A DNA stretch of 64,000 bases from a virus: the IMG/VR virus record IMGVR_UViG_3300048790_000078, positions 22,260-86,259 of that record. One strand, written 5' to 3'. Shown here one piece after another: positions 1 through 9,279 of the stretch. Within the stretch, counting starts at the first letter, position 1; the number at the start of each line of letters is the position of its first letter. Both the position numbers and the translations under genes were made by a program. Under the pieces are notes generated by a model. That model was not told the origin of the DNA. It saw nothing but the letters and a program-made list of their open reading frames with translations, and made no database searches.

Positions 1-3000
1 ACCGGTTGAGCTGGCGGATGTAAGGCGTCGGCGAAATGTTCAGCGCATCGCAGAAGATCCGCGCCAGCCATTCATCGAAGTCGTCCTTCAACATCGCGCC
101 CTTCGTCTCGAATGGCGAGGCTCCGGTGTGCGGGATGAACTTCACGCGGCGCCGCTTCGCGAGGTTGCCGGCAGCCTGATCGAAGATATCCTGGAATCGG
201 CCGATCTGCAGTTCAGTCCACGTCTCCGGGACCTGGATGATCATCTCCGGTGTGTTGCCGCTCGTGAAGTACTCGGTCTGGCTGACCATTCGATTGACGG
301 CCATCACGGCGTAATCGAGACAACTCTGAACAGGAGAATTCCCACACCAAGATGGCTTGCCGTTGCGACGAACATACACGATTCCGTTCGGCACGGTGAC
401 GCAATGTATCGTTCCTGCGTAATGAACGGTCTTGGCGGTGACCGACATCGCCGTCGAGTGACGCTCTGATACGACGAAACTTTCCCTACACGCTGACGTA
501 TATGGCTTTCCTCCATTTGGGAAAACGGTCTCGCATGGCGGTCTTCGACGAGTAGATGCCGAGAACCCCAGTTTTTGCGCGATCTCCACAAGGTCGGATT
601 CCAATTTATGGCTAACAGTCGTAGCTCTCCAGGCGCTTCGCGGGTGTTTCCCGCGCCCTGATTTACTCGGCCTTTTTTCCAGGCCGCCATCTCCGGCCAT
701 GTAAAACTCCCAGAAAATACGCAGCTGGCGGGCCGTTGCTCCCTTAACTGCCAACGGCACATACTTGTCCGCCGCCTTGCCGAACGCTGCAAAGTAGCGC
801 CCGACTTGCGCGTAACTGCAAATAAAGGCGTGCCCGTTGTAGCCGTCTTTCCCTGTGAGATTGATGCGCTTTAACAAAGCACTGAACACAGGGAACGCGG
901 GAGATTTGGCGTCTTGATTTATTTCGATTCCTCCGGCAGAGCGCAGATTTCCTTCTGCCAGATATGCGCCAATCAAAGCACAGAAGTCATCGCCGCTTAT
1001 CGAGAGAGACCGTTCCTTCGGTTTGGTTTTCGGGAAGTCGACCATTCCTATCTCGACGCCACCGGACCAGACTGACGTGACGGGAATCTTTCGGACTGGG
1101 TTGTTTCCCTTCTGGAGCTCGGCCGCAGTCATTATTTTTTCGTAACGGCGACTCGTCTCCAGCCTGCCTGTCGGAGCCTCCACGAGCATTCTGTGCTCCG
1201 GCGTCACCATGATGTCCATGGATCGAGCGGTAAAGTGAATCATCTCGCCGTCTCTGTCGTAATGGTGAATCGCGCTCGGGCGCTCCCATTCAAATTCTTT
1301 CGTGAGGGTGTTTCTGGTAGCTACCCGCTCCCCGTGCAGCAGATTCCGAAATAGTTGAAAACCTCTCGTCTCGGTCAGGATTTCCGTCTGATCGTCGTAA
1401 CACTGCCCGTAAAGGAATGGCGCGCGCGGGTTTTGCACCGAATAGAACAGCGGCATGCAGGTGCCGTCAACGCTCCGACCGTTCACGACGATCGTGTGAT
1501 ACCCATTCGTCTGGCACGACGGGCACTCGCCGGAGGTCATGTTCACCGATGGAGAATTACCGCACCACGCCGGTTTTCCGTTTCGACGCACATAGAGATT
1601 GCCATTCGGGACTGTCGCGCAATAGACCATGCCTGAGTAATCAACGGTGCTTATATCTGGCAGGCATGTCTCTTTTTGAGACCGGAAACCTACGACGTAG
1701 TGGACTCCGCGATTGATCACGCGGCGTTCACCGTCTTCGAAAATTTCACTCTGTGTCGCCGGCTCTGTCCTGATAGAAGCCGACTTTCCAAGCTTAAGGG
1801 CGATCTCCTGAATTTGATCCGCAAGGCGCTTGCTGCTGGTCGAACATCGATCACGTCCAGCGTGCCCATCACCGAGGTGGAAGAATCTCCAAAAAATTCC
1901 CAGTTGCCTGCGCGTTGCGTTCATAACAACGTCCGGAATCCACTTGTCGGTGGCGTGACCGAACTGCTTCAGATAGCGAATTAAGCTGACGGAATTGAAG
2001 ACGTATGAATTTTCAATCCTACGCGTCCTGTTGCCTGTCACTCGCTTCAGAAGTTCACCGTATTCGATGTCTCCGCGTCCGCCGTGGATTTGTGAAATAG
2101 CAACGACTGCGCCGCGAGGATCATCATTGCACGATCCCTCTGCCATGTAAGCCCCCATGAAGGCGCAGAAATCGTCTCCAGACATCGTGATCGGCAGGAT
2201 GTCTTTTGGTTGGCGCCGTCTTCCACGAACAGAAATTACGGTAACGGCTTGATGCGCGGCGGCGAGGCTCAGCCCACACTTGGCTGCGATCTGCGAATAC
2301 GAATCGCCGGCAGAGCGAAGATCCACGGCTTTCTGATCGACAACAAGCCGAGCGAAATGCTTGTCGTCTTCGCGGCGGGGGAATCGCTGCGGGCCAATTT
2401 CAGTGCCATCCCATCCCGCCGTAAGCGGTACCCGTGTTGAAACCGTATAGTTTGCAGCAAGATCATCGGCGCGCAAGAATAAACCCGTCGCAGTTCTTTC
2501 GGCTTGACGGAAGAGACTATGAGGAACCCGGGTCACCATCATCCGGTGGTTGGGCGTAACAAGCAAGTCAACAAAACGAGACCCGAAAGACTGCATCGGA
2601 CCGTCATACATGTACCCTGTCAAATCGGTAGGCGCTTGCCACTCCAGAGAGCCAGCAGCGTTTCTTGTCGCGAATTCATCACTTTTGCTGGCCGCACTCC
2701 ACGGTAGCCACCCGCGGCGTGTGAGAACTTCGCTGTCTTCCGAATAGCACCCCTTGATCTGCTGAGCATAGGCGGGGTTCGGCGCGTTCGGGGACCAGCC
2801 CTGTTCGTCCCACATCAATTTGATCGTGGCGCCGTCGAGAATGCGGAGTGATTTGCAGACCCTCTGATCGTCCATCACCGGCCAGATGGCGAGCGCGTCG
2901 ATCACGAGCACCTCTTCGAGCAGCATGCTCAGCCACGCCATCCAGTCATGCTCCTGGTCTGGCTTCTCAAAGAACCGCGTCAGGTATTGCACGCGGGGAT

Positions 3001-3445
3001 CGGCGGCCGACCGCTTGTCGAAGTCCTTCGACTTCTCGCCGGGCAGCTTATCAACCTTCCAGACCAGCGGGATCTTGACGATCTGCCGCTTCCGGCGGTT
3101 GATACAGAGGCGCATCACGTTGACAGCATCGGCGAACGCGCGAAGCTGCGGGAAGCTCGGGCCGCCCTGCTCTGTCCGAGGCTGAGAGTTCATGTTCAGC
3201 GTCATCGGATAGTCGGTCACGCGGGGAAGCGTGCCGGGAGGTGCCTGAGGCTTCAGCGGTTGCCCGGGCCCGAAGTATGACGCGCCGGTCACCGTGTCGA
3301 TGTAGTCGCGCGCCACGTCGATGAACGACACCGTCCGCGGGTCGACCTGCACGGTCAGGGCGTTAGCGGGGATCGACGGCAGCCCGGTCTTTGTTCCTTC
3401 GAAGGCGCCTGTGGCGGCATCGAGAGCTTTTGCGAGGATACTCAT
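1..3445 (-). CDS. Phage portal protein precursor with two inteins (3' end outside window)
   Basis: Manual translation from ATG 3445 (ATGA overlap with upstream ORF): MSILAKALD...FFEKPDQEHDWMAWLSMLLEEVLVIDALAI...LRILDGATIK...AYAQQIKG / ...PRAPFLYGQ / SPVQSCL...YFTSGNTP...DFDEWLARIFCDAL. Frame is consistent across both inteins, and the gene lies downstream of TerL. Absent from the ORF track because no stop falls inside the window. Confidence 0.88.
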   Translation of the reverse strand, partial: MSILAKALDAATGAFEGTKTGLPSIPANALTVQVDPRTVSFIDVARDYIDTVTGASYFGPGQPLKPQAPPGTLPRVTDYPMTLNMNSQPRTEQGGPSFPQLRAFADAVNVMRLCINRRKRQIVKIPLVWKVDKLPGEKSKDFDKRSAADPRVQYLTRFFEKPDQEHDWMAWLSMLLEEVLVIDALAIWPVMDDQRVCKSLRILDGATIKLMWDEQGWSPNAPNPAYAQQIKGCYSEDSEVLTRRGWLPWSAASKSDEFATRNAAGSLEWQAPTDLTGYMYDGPMQSFGSRFVDLLVTPNHRMMVTRVPHSLFRQAERTATGLFLRADDLAANYTVSTRVPLTAGWDGTEIGPQRFPRREDDKHFARLVVDQKAVDLRSAGDSYSQIAAKCGLSLAAAHQAVTVISVRGRRRQPKDILPITMSGDDFCAFMGAYMAEGSCNDDPRGAVVAISQIHGGRGDIEYGELLKRVTGNRTRRIENSYVFNSVSLIRYLKQFGHATDKWIPDVVMNATRRQLGIFWRFFHLGDGHAGRDRCSTSSKRLADQIQEIALKLGKSASIRTEPATQSEIFEDGERRVINRGVHYVVGFRSQKETCLPDISTVDYSGMVYCATVPNGNLYVRRNGKPAWCGNSPSVNMTSGECPSCQTNGYHTIVVNGRSVDGTCMPLFYSVQNPRAPFLYGQCYDDQTEILTETRGFQLFRNLLHGERVATRNTLTKEFEWERPSAIHHYDRDGEMIHFTARSMDIMVTPEHRMLVEAPTGRLETSRRYEKIMTAAELQKGNNPVRKIPVTSVWSGGVEIGMVDFPKTKPKERSLSISGDDFCALIGAYLAEGNLRSAGGIEINQDAKSPAFPVFSALLKRINLTGKDGYNGHAFICSYAQVGRYFAAFGKAADKYVPLAVKGATARQLRIFWEFYMAGDGGLEKRPSKSGRGKHPRSAWRATTVSHKLESDLVEIAQKLGFSASTRRRPPCETVFPNGGKPYTSACRESFVVSERHSTAMSVTAKTVHYAGTIHCVTVPNGIVYVRRNGKPSWCGNSPVQSCLDYAVMAVNRMVSQTEYFTSGNTPEMIIQVPETWTELQIGRFQDIFDQAAGNLAKRRRVKFIPHTGASPFETKGAMLKDDFDEWLARIFCDALNISPTPYIRQLNR
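338..1402 (-). mobile_element. Portal intein 2 (355 aa) with LAGLIDADG homing endonuclease
   Basis: N-term CYDDQTEILTETRGF, block B DIMVTPEH, motifs LIGAYLAEG and FWEFYMAGDG, C-term IHCVTVPNGIVYVRRNGKPSWCGN followed by Ser. Confidence 0.93.
1556..2749 (-). mobile_element. Portal intein 1 (398 aa) with LAGLIDADG homing endonuclease and an HTH-like insert
   Basis: N-term CYSEDSEVLTRRGW, block B VDLLVTPNH, LAGLIDADG-like FMGAYMAEG and FWRFFHLGDG, C-term VYCATVPNGNLYVRRNGKPAWCGN followed by Ser. Confidence 0.93.
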
Positions 3446-3648
3446 GCGGGTGTCAACTCCTGAAGGTCAGCATACGCCCGCTCCATTGCATGACGAGCAG
3501 AGAGCAAATCAGCGTGCCAATCGATATTGCCGTCGAATCGGCCGTTCCGCTCCACGAAGCGCGCCAGCCGCAACAGACGTGCCTTGGCATCGCGCGCGAT
3601 CTTCAGGGCCGAATCGTAGGTTAGCGTCTCAACACTGGGGTATCTCAT
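3442..3648 (-). CDS. Hypothetical protein
   Basis: ATGA-coupled on both sides in the minus-strand operon. Confidence 0.6.
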   Translation of the reverse strand: MRYPSVETLTYDSALKIARDAKARLLRLARFVERNGRFDGNIDWHADLLSARHAMERAYADLQELTPA

Positions 3649-3899
3649 GCGGCAACTCCAGCGAGAGAGAGAACGTCGAGCGTCGCCGGACAGGCAGGGG
3701 AGTCCTGTCGATGTTTGTCGGCAACGGCCTCTTGCGCCCCATGCAGCGTGGTCGGGATCCGGCTCAGCGGGATGTTGCCGCTGGCCTTGCAGTCGAGGCA
3801 GTTCCAGCGAACGTGCCGCTCGAACTCGCCGACATTGATCCGGCCGGGCTTCACAACCCGGTACGCGCTACCGTCTTCCATCACCCGAACGGTGTTCAT
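3645..3899 (-). CDS. Hypothetical Zn-ribbon protein
   Basis: CLDC...H...C motif; coupled to the next gene. Confidence 0.6.
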   Translation of the reverse strand: MNTVRVMEDGSAYRVVKPGRINVGEFERHVRWNCLDCKASGNIPLSRIPTTLHGAQEAVADKHRQDSPACPATLDVLSLAGVAA

Positions 3900-4402
3900 G
3901 GAGACTATGATAAATCAGGCCGGGATGCTGCTGGGACATACCCCTCCTTTGGTCCTTCAGACCAAGCTGCCCTGATAGCAGTTCTTTGAAAGGGAATTGG
4001 CGATTCTTCTTCCTGCCCTGTCCCGGACCATTTTCGGGAGGGCCGCAGCTTTACCTGAGTCGCTATCCCAGGTAACTGCCCGCGCCGTCCCCGCGCGTGC
4101 GTCGCAAGTCTGCCGGTGAACCGAAGTGTCCCGGATTGCGTCTGGATTGAAGAATCGGCATAAACCCAACTATTGCGGGATTAGCTATCACTTGTGATTG
4201 GTCCCCGCTTTCGCCCCAAGGAATCTCCATAAAGCGAAACCTTGCGGGTGGATCGCCCGCTCGACGAAGTGGGTTTAAGGGTGATGCGGTTGATTTCCCG
4301 CGTGCTGCTTCACTTCGAAATCATGATAGCATAGAGGTGCTGCTTCACAATTCCGCCCGGCCGCCAGCCTGATAACCTGGAACACGGCCGGGTTTCGTTT
4401 CT

Positions 4403-4597
4403 TTACGAGAGCGAGATCCAGAGATCTTTCTGGAAGTGGAGCGGACAACCGCAAGGGCATTTGCCTGTCAGGTAGGTTGCCACCCAGTACGCTTTGAATT
4501 CGTTCGGCGTATTCTCCTGAGGTTTCAGGTGGATGGCTTTCAGGCGGAACTCGATCTCGTTGCCGCGCAGCGCCTGTGGTTCCTTCGGCTTTCTCAT
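4403..4597 (-). CDS. Hypothetical protein (CPCGC motif)
   Basis: ATG 4597 overlaps the upstream stop. Confidence 0.5.
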   Translation of the reverse strand: MRKPKEPQALRGNEIEFRLKAIHLKPQENTPNEFKAYWVATYLTGKCPCGCPLHFQKDLWISLS

Positions 4598-4848
4598 CGA
4601 AGCGGTTTCACGCTGATGGCCACCAGCAGGATCGTCAGAACGCCGCCAGCGATCCACGCGGCTGGCACGGACCAGAAGTGAACTCCCCACGCAATCGCCC
4701 CGCACGCGGCCACCGTCGCGAAGTCTGTCAGCATGAACGTCACGAGCTTGACGATTCCCAGCCCGGCGGTTCGGGACCAGCTCCGGCAGAGAACGAGCAA
4801 GGACTGCAGCATCGGTACTACGGTGGCGGAAAGTTTCTTTGCGATCAT
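4594..4848 (-). CDS. Small membrane protein (about 2 TM)
   Basis: Hydrophobic segments; small TM genes are often found upstream of portals. Confidence 0.5.
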   Translation of the reverse strand: MIAKKLSATVVPMLQSLLVLCRSWSRTAGLGIVKLVTFMLTDFATVAACGAIAWGVHFWSVPAAWIAGGVLTILLVAISVKPLR

Positions 4849-4964
4849 TTTGTTCCTGTTCGAGTAGTTCCCATCGAGATCCGGATTCTGCCGCTTAACT
4901 ACGACGAAACCACCGGCTGCGTATGACCTGGAGAAATGAGCCGCCCGCATACGGCCCGAGCAAT

Positions 4965-5243
4965 CTACCCGAACTTGAAGTTTGCTGGCAACACCGGCCG
5001 CACCTTGCGGACTTCCACTGCGATCGGTCGGCCCTGCGATCCTTCCGACAGGCGGAACTCAACCTGGTCGCCTTCGAGGATACTGCCATGGTCCGCCACG
5101 TTCTTGCTGTGGCAGAACACCTCGGAGCCGTCAGGGAGAATAATGAAGCCGAAATTACGTTGTGGGTTTGGTTCGTTCCACTGAAACCACTTTACGGTTC
5201 CTCGGACACGAACTGCAGGATCGATGGATGTCGTTGAAGGCAT
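4965..5243 (-). CDS. Cold-shock domain protein
   Basis: GTVKWF...FGFI...EVFCHS...EGDQVEF...GRPIAVEV (RNP1/RNP2 motifs). Confidence 0.9.
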   Translation of the reverse strand: MPSTTSIDPAVRVRGTVKWFQWNEPNPQRNFGFIILPDGSEVFCHSKNVADHGSILEGDQVEFRLSEGSQGRPIAVEVRKVRPVLPANFKFG

Positions 5244-5269
5244 GCAGCTTTGAGAACCATGTTACACCG

Positions 5270-6805
5270 TCAGAGCATAAAAGTGGAATTAGTGGAGATA
5301 TCCTCGAATCCCGGTTGCTTGATTTCCGGTTCGTCGGAGAAGGGTTTGAAGACTCCGGAGACGGCCGTCTGGTTCTTGCGCGCGGCGGCATCGCTGTCGG
5401 CCTGCCCCTCATAGAACTTCATCAGCGCTTCAGCCGAAGATAGATCGAAGAGCTTCGATACTGCGTACACCAGCACGTCCAGCCTGTTCGGAGATCGCCC
5501 GAGACGCTGTTTGATCTCCGGCGTGGTATCGCCCTGTTTGACGGAGCACATCTCCTCTTCGAGCGCATAGAAGTTCCCGCAGTGAACGATCTTTGTCCCA
5601 TCGTTCTGCGTGTACAGCAGGCTGACGGGCTCGGCTCGGACTGCCTTCCCGTGCGAGGCGTTGACCATCTCGACCGGTGTGTTCGGGTTGGCATGCCGAA
5701 GGACTTCAAGGACCATCGCGCCGCCGTAGTTCTTTTCAGCGACCACCAGATCGGCGCCCCACTTGATCCTGAGATCCTCCACCTTGCGCGCCCAGGCGGC
5801 CGGTGGCCCGTTCATTGTGCCATCTTCGAGCACGTAACCTCGATCGTCGATTCCCTTGCCAACCACGATGATGCCGACGTCGTCACCCTGCCCGATCCCT
5901 TCACCTGACGTGCCCGATGGATCGACGGCAATGATGATCCGCCGCATCGGCACCGGAAGCGATTGCGGAGTCGCCTGGTTGCCGCGGGCGGCCGAGATCG
6001 CACTCAGCGTCCATAGGGCGCCGGCGAGTTCATCCTGATCCATCCCTTCGAGGAAGCGTAACCGCATTGCCAGCGGCATCGCGGCCAGCGACCGCATGTA
6101 CTCTTCCGAGAGGTGCGGATTGTCTTTCGGGTTCATCCGCAAGCTGGCGTATAGGGACCGGTCCAATCTGCGCTCGCGTTCCATCGGGTCAAGCCCGAGA
6201 TCGTACTCGACATATGACCAGTGGCTCTTGCCGACTGGGTTGAGATCGTCGTATTCCTTCTGCAGCAACCGGCCCTTTGGATTCTCCGACGTTGCCATGT
6301 CCGGATTGAAGACTTCCTGCGAAAGCCGGGTGCGCGTCTTCAGGATGGACTGGTAGGAGATCTGCGAGACTTCATTATGATGCAGCCCGACAAATTCACG
6401 GCCGAGGATCTTGTCCACGCGCTCTTTATCGTCGAGGCCGCCGATCCAGTATTCCGCTTTGTTCCAGAACTCCAGGCGCATCTCGCCGCGGGCGTTGACC
6501 TGCCGAATGTTTCCGTCAGCGGCGCTGAGGCCAGGGTAGAAGTTCGCGAGCACCTTGGGAATAGTGTCGAGCCACAAGCTGTTGACGGCATCGACCATGT
6601 GCAGCCGGAGACTTGCCTGCCGCGCGCTGGGGAAGTGAATGGCGCGGCCGATCATCTGGCGCACGATGATGGTTGTCTTCGTCGATCGCGCTCCACCCAC
6701 GAGCTTGATGTACCGCTTCGTCGGGTCGCGCATCAGCCCCAGAGCTTCGTTCTGCTTTGGGGTGATCTGAAAGATCGGCGACGCCGTGAGGTTCGGAGGC
6801 GTCAC
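5270..6805 (-). CDS. terL: Terminase large subunit
   Basis: Walker A GGARSTKT, Walker B-like HHNE, LNP coupling motif, RNase H-like IIIAVDPS...AEKNYGG...SPNRLD. Confidence 0.93.
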   Translation of the reverse strand: MTPPNLTASPIFQITPKQNEALGLMRDPTKRYIKLVGGARSTKTTIIVRQMIGRAIHFPSARQASLRLHMVDAVNSLWLDTIPKVLANFYPGLSAADGNIRQVNARGEMRLEFWNKAEYWIGGLDDKERVDKILGREFVGLHHNEVSQISYQSILKTRTRLSQEVFNPDMATSENPKGRLLQKEYDDLNPVGKSHWSYVEYDLGLDPMERERRLDRSLYASLRMNPKDNPHLSEEYMRSLAAMPLAMRLRFLEGMDQDELAGALWTLSAISAARGNQATPQSLPVPMRRIIIAVDPSGTSGEGIGQGDDVGIIVVGKGIDDRGYVLEDGTMNGPPAAWARKVEDLRIKWGADLVVAEKNYGGAMVLEVLRHANPNTPVEMVNASHGKAVRAEPVSLLYTQNDGTKIVHCGNFYALEEEMCSVKQGDTTPEIKQRLGRSPNRLDVLVYAVSKLFDLSSAEALMKFYEGQADSDAAARKNQTAVSGVFKPFSDEPEIKQPGFEDISTNSTFML

Positions 6806-6996
6806 TGCTTTGGACCGAACCGAGCCCGAAGATCCGCCATGTCGCTGGCCCGCTGCACACGTTTGGCCTTGTCGGTCGAGAGCTCCTCTCCTGTTCGGCG
6901 TGACTTCCAGATGCGCCGGATGCCGCCAGGTACGACATCCTCACGTACCACGTCCCAGCCGCGCGAGTGGAGGTAATCTGTCGTCGGCAGTTTCAT
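6802..6996 (-). CDS. Hypothetical protein
   Basis: 4-bp overlaps on both sides. Confidence 0.6.
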   Translation of the reverse strand: MKLPTTDYLHSRGWDVVREDVVPGGIRRIWKSRRTGEELSTDKAKRVQRASDMADLRARFGPKQ

Positions 6997-7427
6997 TGGC
7001 CTGCGATGAAGTTCTCAACCAGAGCCGTGGTCTCCGCGCTGGGCACGTACTCTTCGCAGTTCTGGATCCCAGCATGGCGGTAGCTCGGCGAGCCCATGCC
7101 GACCGTCACCTTCAGCCAGCCGTCGCCTGGCCGCATCTCGCTGGACAGAACATGCCTGCCGTCGAAATCAGCTTCCTCCTCGACTCCACCGAACCCGCCC
7201 TGATTGTCGATATAGAACGTCTGCCCGCGGTACACGACCTTCACCGCCTCGCGGATCTGCCCTTCCATCCCTTCGCACCACCAGCCCGGCTTCGCGGCGC
7301 CCATGACCACCTTGACCTTCGAGCATTCCGCTGGCTCACCGTTCCAGAACGTGTGCGACATGCGCGCGGCCCGGGAGAACGGCTTCACCCGCTTTGGCTT
7401 CTTGAGGAACATGCGACTGGCGCTCAT
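6993..7427 (-). CDS. Hypothetical protein
   Basis: Coupled ORF with typical codon usage. Confidence 0.65.
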   Translation of the reverse strand: MSASRMFLKKPKRVKPFSRAARMSHTFWNGEPAECSKVKVVMGAAKPGWWCEGMEGQIREAVKVVYRGQTFYIDNQGGFGGVEEEADFDGRHVLSSEMRPGDGWLKVTVGMGSPSYRHAGIQNCEEYVPSAETTALVENFIAGQ

Positions 7428-7491
7428 TGGCCAAAGCGCAAAAGAGGCCGGGGCCGCACCAGCCAGAACTTGTCAGGCGACACCGCAATTC

Positions 7492-7749
7492 TCATTTGTG
7501 CCCCGCGAAGAAGAGCGGCGGCGCCACCGCGTCAAAATTTCTCTTATGGATCTTCACCGTCCCTGCCGGCGTCGCCTCGCACGTCATCTGGAACCACTCA
7601 TCGATCGTGGACATGCCGTCGATCTCGGAGCCGGACTTCACCCGCATCATCCATCTCACCAGATTACCCTCGCGCGAAGTCACGGCCACCATGTCTTCGC
7701 CCTTGGTTAGCAGGTCGCCGGGCTGTGGGTCACGTCTTGAATCAGCCAT
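7492..7749 (-). CDS. Hypothetical protein
   Basis: RBS GAGGTGG upstream; RDPQPGD N-terminus. Confidence 0.6.
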   Translation of the reverse strand: MADSRRDPQPGDLLTKGEDMVAVTSREGNLVRWMMRVKSGSEIDGMSTIDEWFQMTCEATPAGTVKIHKRNFDAVAPPLFFAGHK

Positions 7750-7982
7750 TACTGACCACCTCTCGCTTTCAGGATCGCTTCGCTGGCCTCAAACGATTCG
7801 TCGGATTCCACCGTGGAGCACGTCGGACAGGGAATCCCGGCAGCGTATCCGTGCGGGCACTCGTTCGGCCCGCCGGCAGATTGCCATGGCACGAACTCTT
7901 TCGGGTCCACGCCGTCGATCGCCTTCGCGGCTACCGGGCGGGTTGGATCGAAGTCTTCCATCATCGATACCACCACGACCAC
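7749..7982 (-). CDS. Hypothetical Zn-binding protein
   Basis: CPHG...CPTC motif. Confidence 0.5.
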   Translation of the reverse strand: MVVVVSMMEDFDPTRPVAAKAIDGVDPKEFVPWQSAGGPNECPHGYAAGIPCPTCSTVESDESFEASEAILKARGGQ

Positions 7983-8224
7983 ACTGCGGTTCCTGCCACC
8001 ATGAGCGCTACGCCGTAAACCACAAACATGACGAACGCAGGTATCAGATGGTCAAACGTCCGATTGAACGGCTCCCACGTTGCATCGAAGGCGGCTGTCT
8101 GCCGATCGGTTCCACGCGCTTTATTGAAGGCATCTATGGCTTTGCCGTGATCCCTTACCGCACGGGCCCACAGCCACGGCCCTTGCAGGAACACGATTAC
8201 CTTTCTCATTATTCCCTCCACCAC
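7961..8224 (-). CDS. Hypothetical membrane protein
   Basis: C-terminal hydrophobic helix. Confidence 0.5.
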   Translation of the reverse strand: MVEGIMRKVIVFLQGPWLWARAVRDHGKAIDAFNKARGTDRQTAAFDATWEPFNRTFDHLIPAFVMFVVYGVALMVAGTAVWSWWYR

Positions 8225-8961
8225 TCAAACTCTGCGAGCGCCCACTCGCGAATCTGGGCAGCTATTTCCTCTTCGGTAGCGCCCTGATCGACCTCGATTT
8301 CATCATGGATTTTGCAACCCTGTAGGCGCATTGCGCAGCCCACCTTGATCTTAACGGTCGTCAGTTGTCCGGTTTCAGCGGACGACTCGGCGATGTTCGG
8401 TAAAGCCCGTGAGGTTAATCGCGGGTTGTATTCCGTCCACGGCCCGTCTGCGCATGGGCCAGGCACCGCTTCTTCGACCTCCTCGAACTCAGCGTCGATG
8501 ATCGTTTCGGCCGGACGCGGCGCGGCGGGCGCCGGTAGCGCGGCCAGCGGGCGATTGACCGATATGGGCGCGGCCTTTGCGACCGGCAACGCGCGAACAC
8601 GAGGCTCTTCGTCGCTCTCCTGGTAGCCGGAAAGGAACTTGAGCGCTGAGGCGATGCCGTCCAAATCCGCTATTTTCGTCGTATTTGCCGCGAGCTGCAT
8701 GTACTGCTGTGCGGTGCGATCCGATATCTTCGGGCAGTTCTGCTTCAGCCATGGAAGCCATTGACCGTGCTTGACTTGCTGTTTTGCCTCGATCAGCAAT
8801 TCGCCGACATGGACAGCGCGTTTCAGCGCTCCTTGAAAGAACTCTTCAACGCTGAAGTGCGCTGCGTTGATTCGCTCGGCCAGCGTCAACTTGGGTTCTG
8901 CCGCTGAGGACTCTCGCATCCGCCGCATTCGATCTGAAGTGGACTCGACAGCCTGCTTCAT
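8209..8961 (-). CDS. DUF3102-domain protein
   Basis: VGELLIEAKQQVKHGQWLPWLKQNC..SDRTAQQYMQLA. Confidence 0.8.
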   Translation of the reverse strand: MKQAVESTSDRMRRMRESSAAEPKLTLAERINAAHFSVEEFFQGALKRAVHVGELLIEAKQQVKHGQWLPWLKQNCPKISDRTAQQYMQLAANTTKIADLDGIASALKFLSGYQESDEEPRVRALPVAKAAPISVNRPLAALPAPAAPRPAETIIDAEFEEVEEAVPGPCADGPWTEYNPRLTSRALPNIAESSAETGQLTTVKIKVGCAMRLQGCKIHDEIEVDQGATEEEIAAQIREWALAEFEWWRE

Positions 8962-9239
8962 TTCGCCCCTTTGATCGCATCGATGTAGCCTGCCGTCTGG
9001 TCCGGCTTTTCAGCTTTCGGTTTGCGTCTCTTCGGGGCGAACACTTCACGCGCCGACGCCCTGACCAAAGCTTTCTTTCGAGCGCTCCGACCGCACGTCG
9101 CGACACCTGGACCGTTGAGGACTTCAGACAGGATATTGACGGCGAGCGTCGAATGCGGAATCCCGCGCTTCCCAGCTTCGTCCCGGAGGATGGCCAGATC
9201 CGATTCCGGCATCCGCATCTGTACTACAGGAGATGGCAT
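8958..9239 (-). CDS. Ribbon-helix-helix-like DNA-binding protein
   Basis: VVQMRMPESDLAILRDEAGKRGIPHSTLAVNIL. Confidence 0.6.
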   Translation of the reverse strand: MPSPVVQMRMPESDLAILRDEAGKRGIPHSTLAVNILSEVLNGPGVATCGRSARKKALVRASAREVFAPKRRKPKAEKPDQTAGYIDAIKGAK

Positions 9240-9279
9240 GCGTACAGCCTAACACCTTACCTGTAATACAAGCAAGCGC

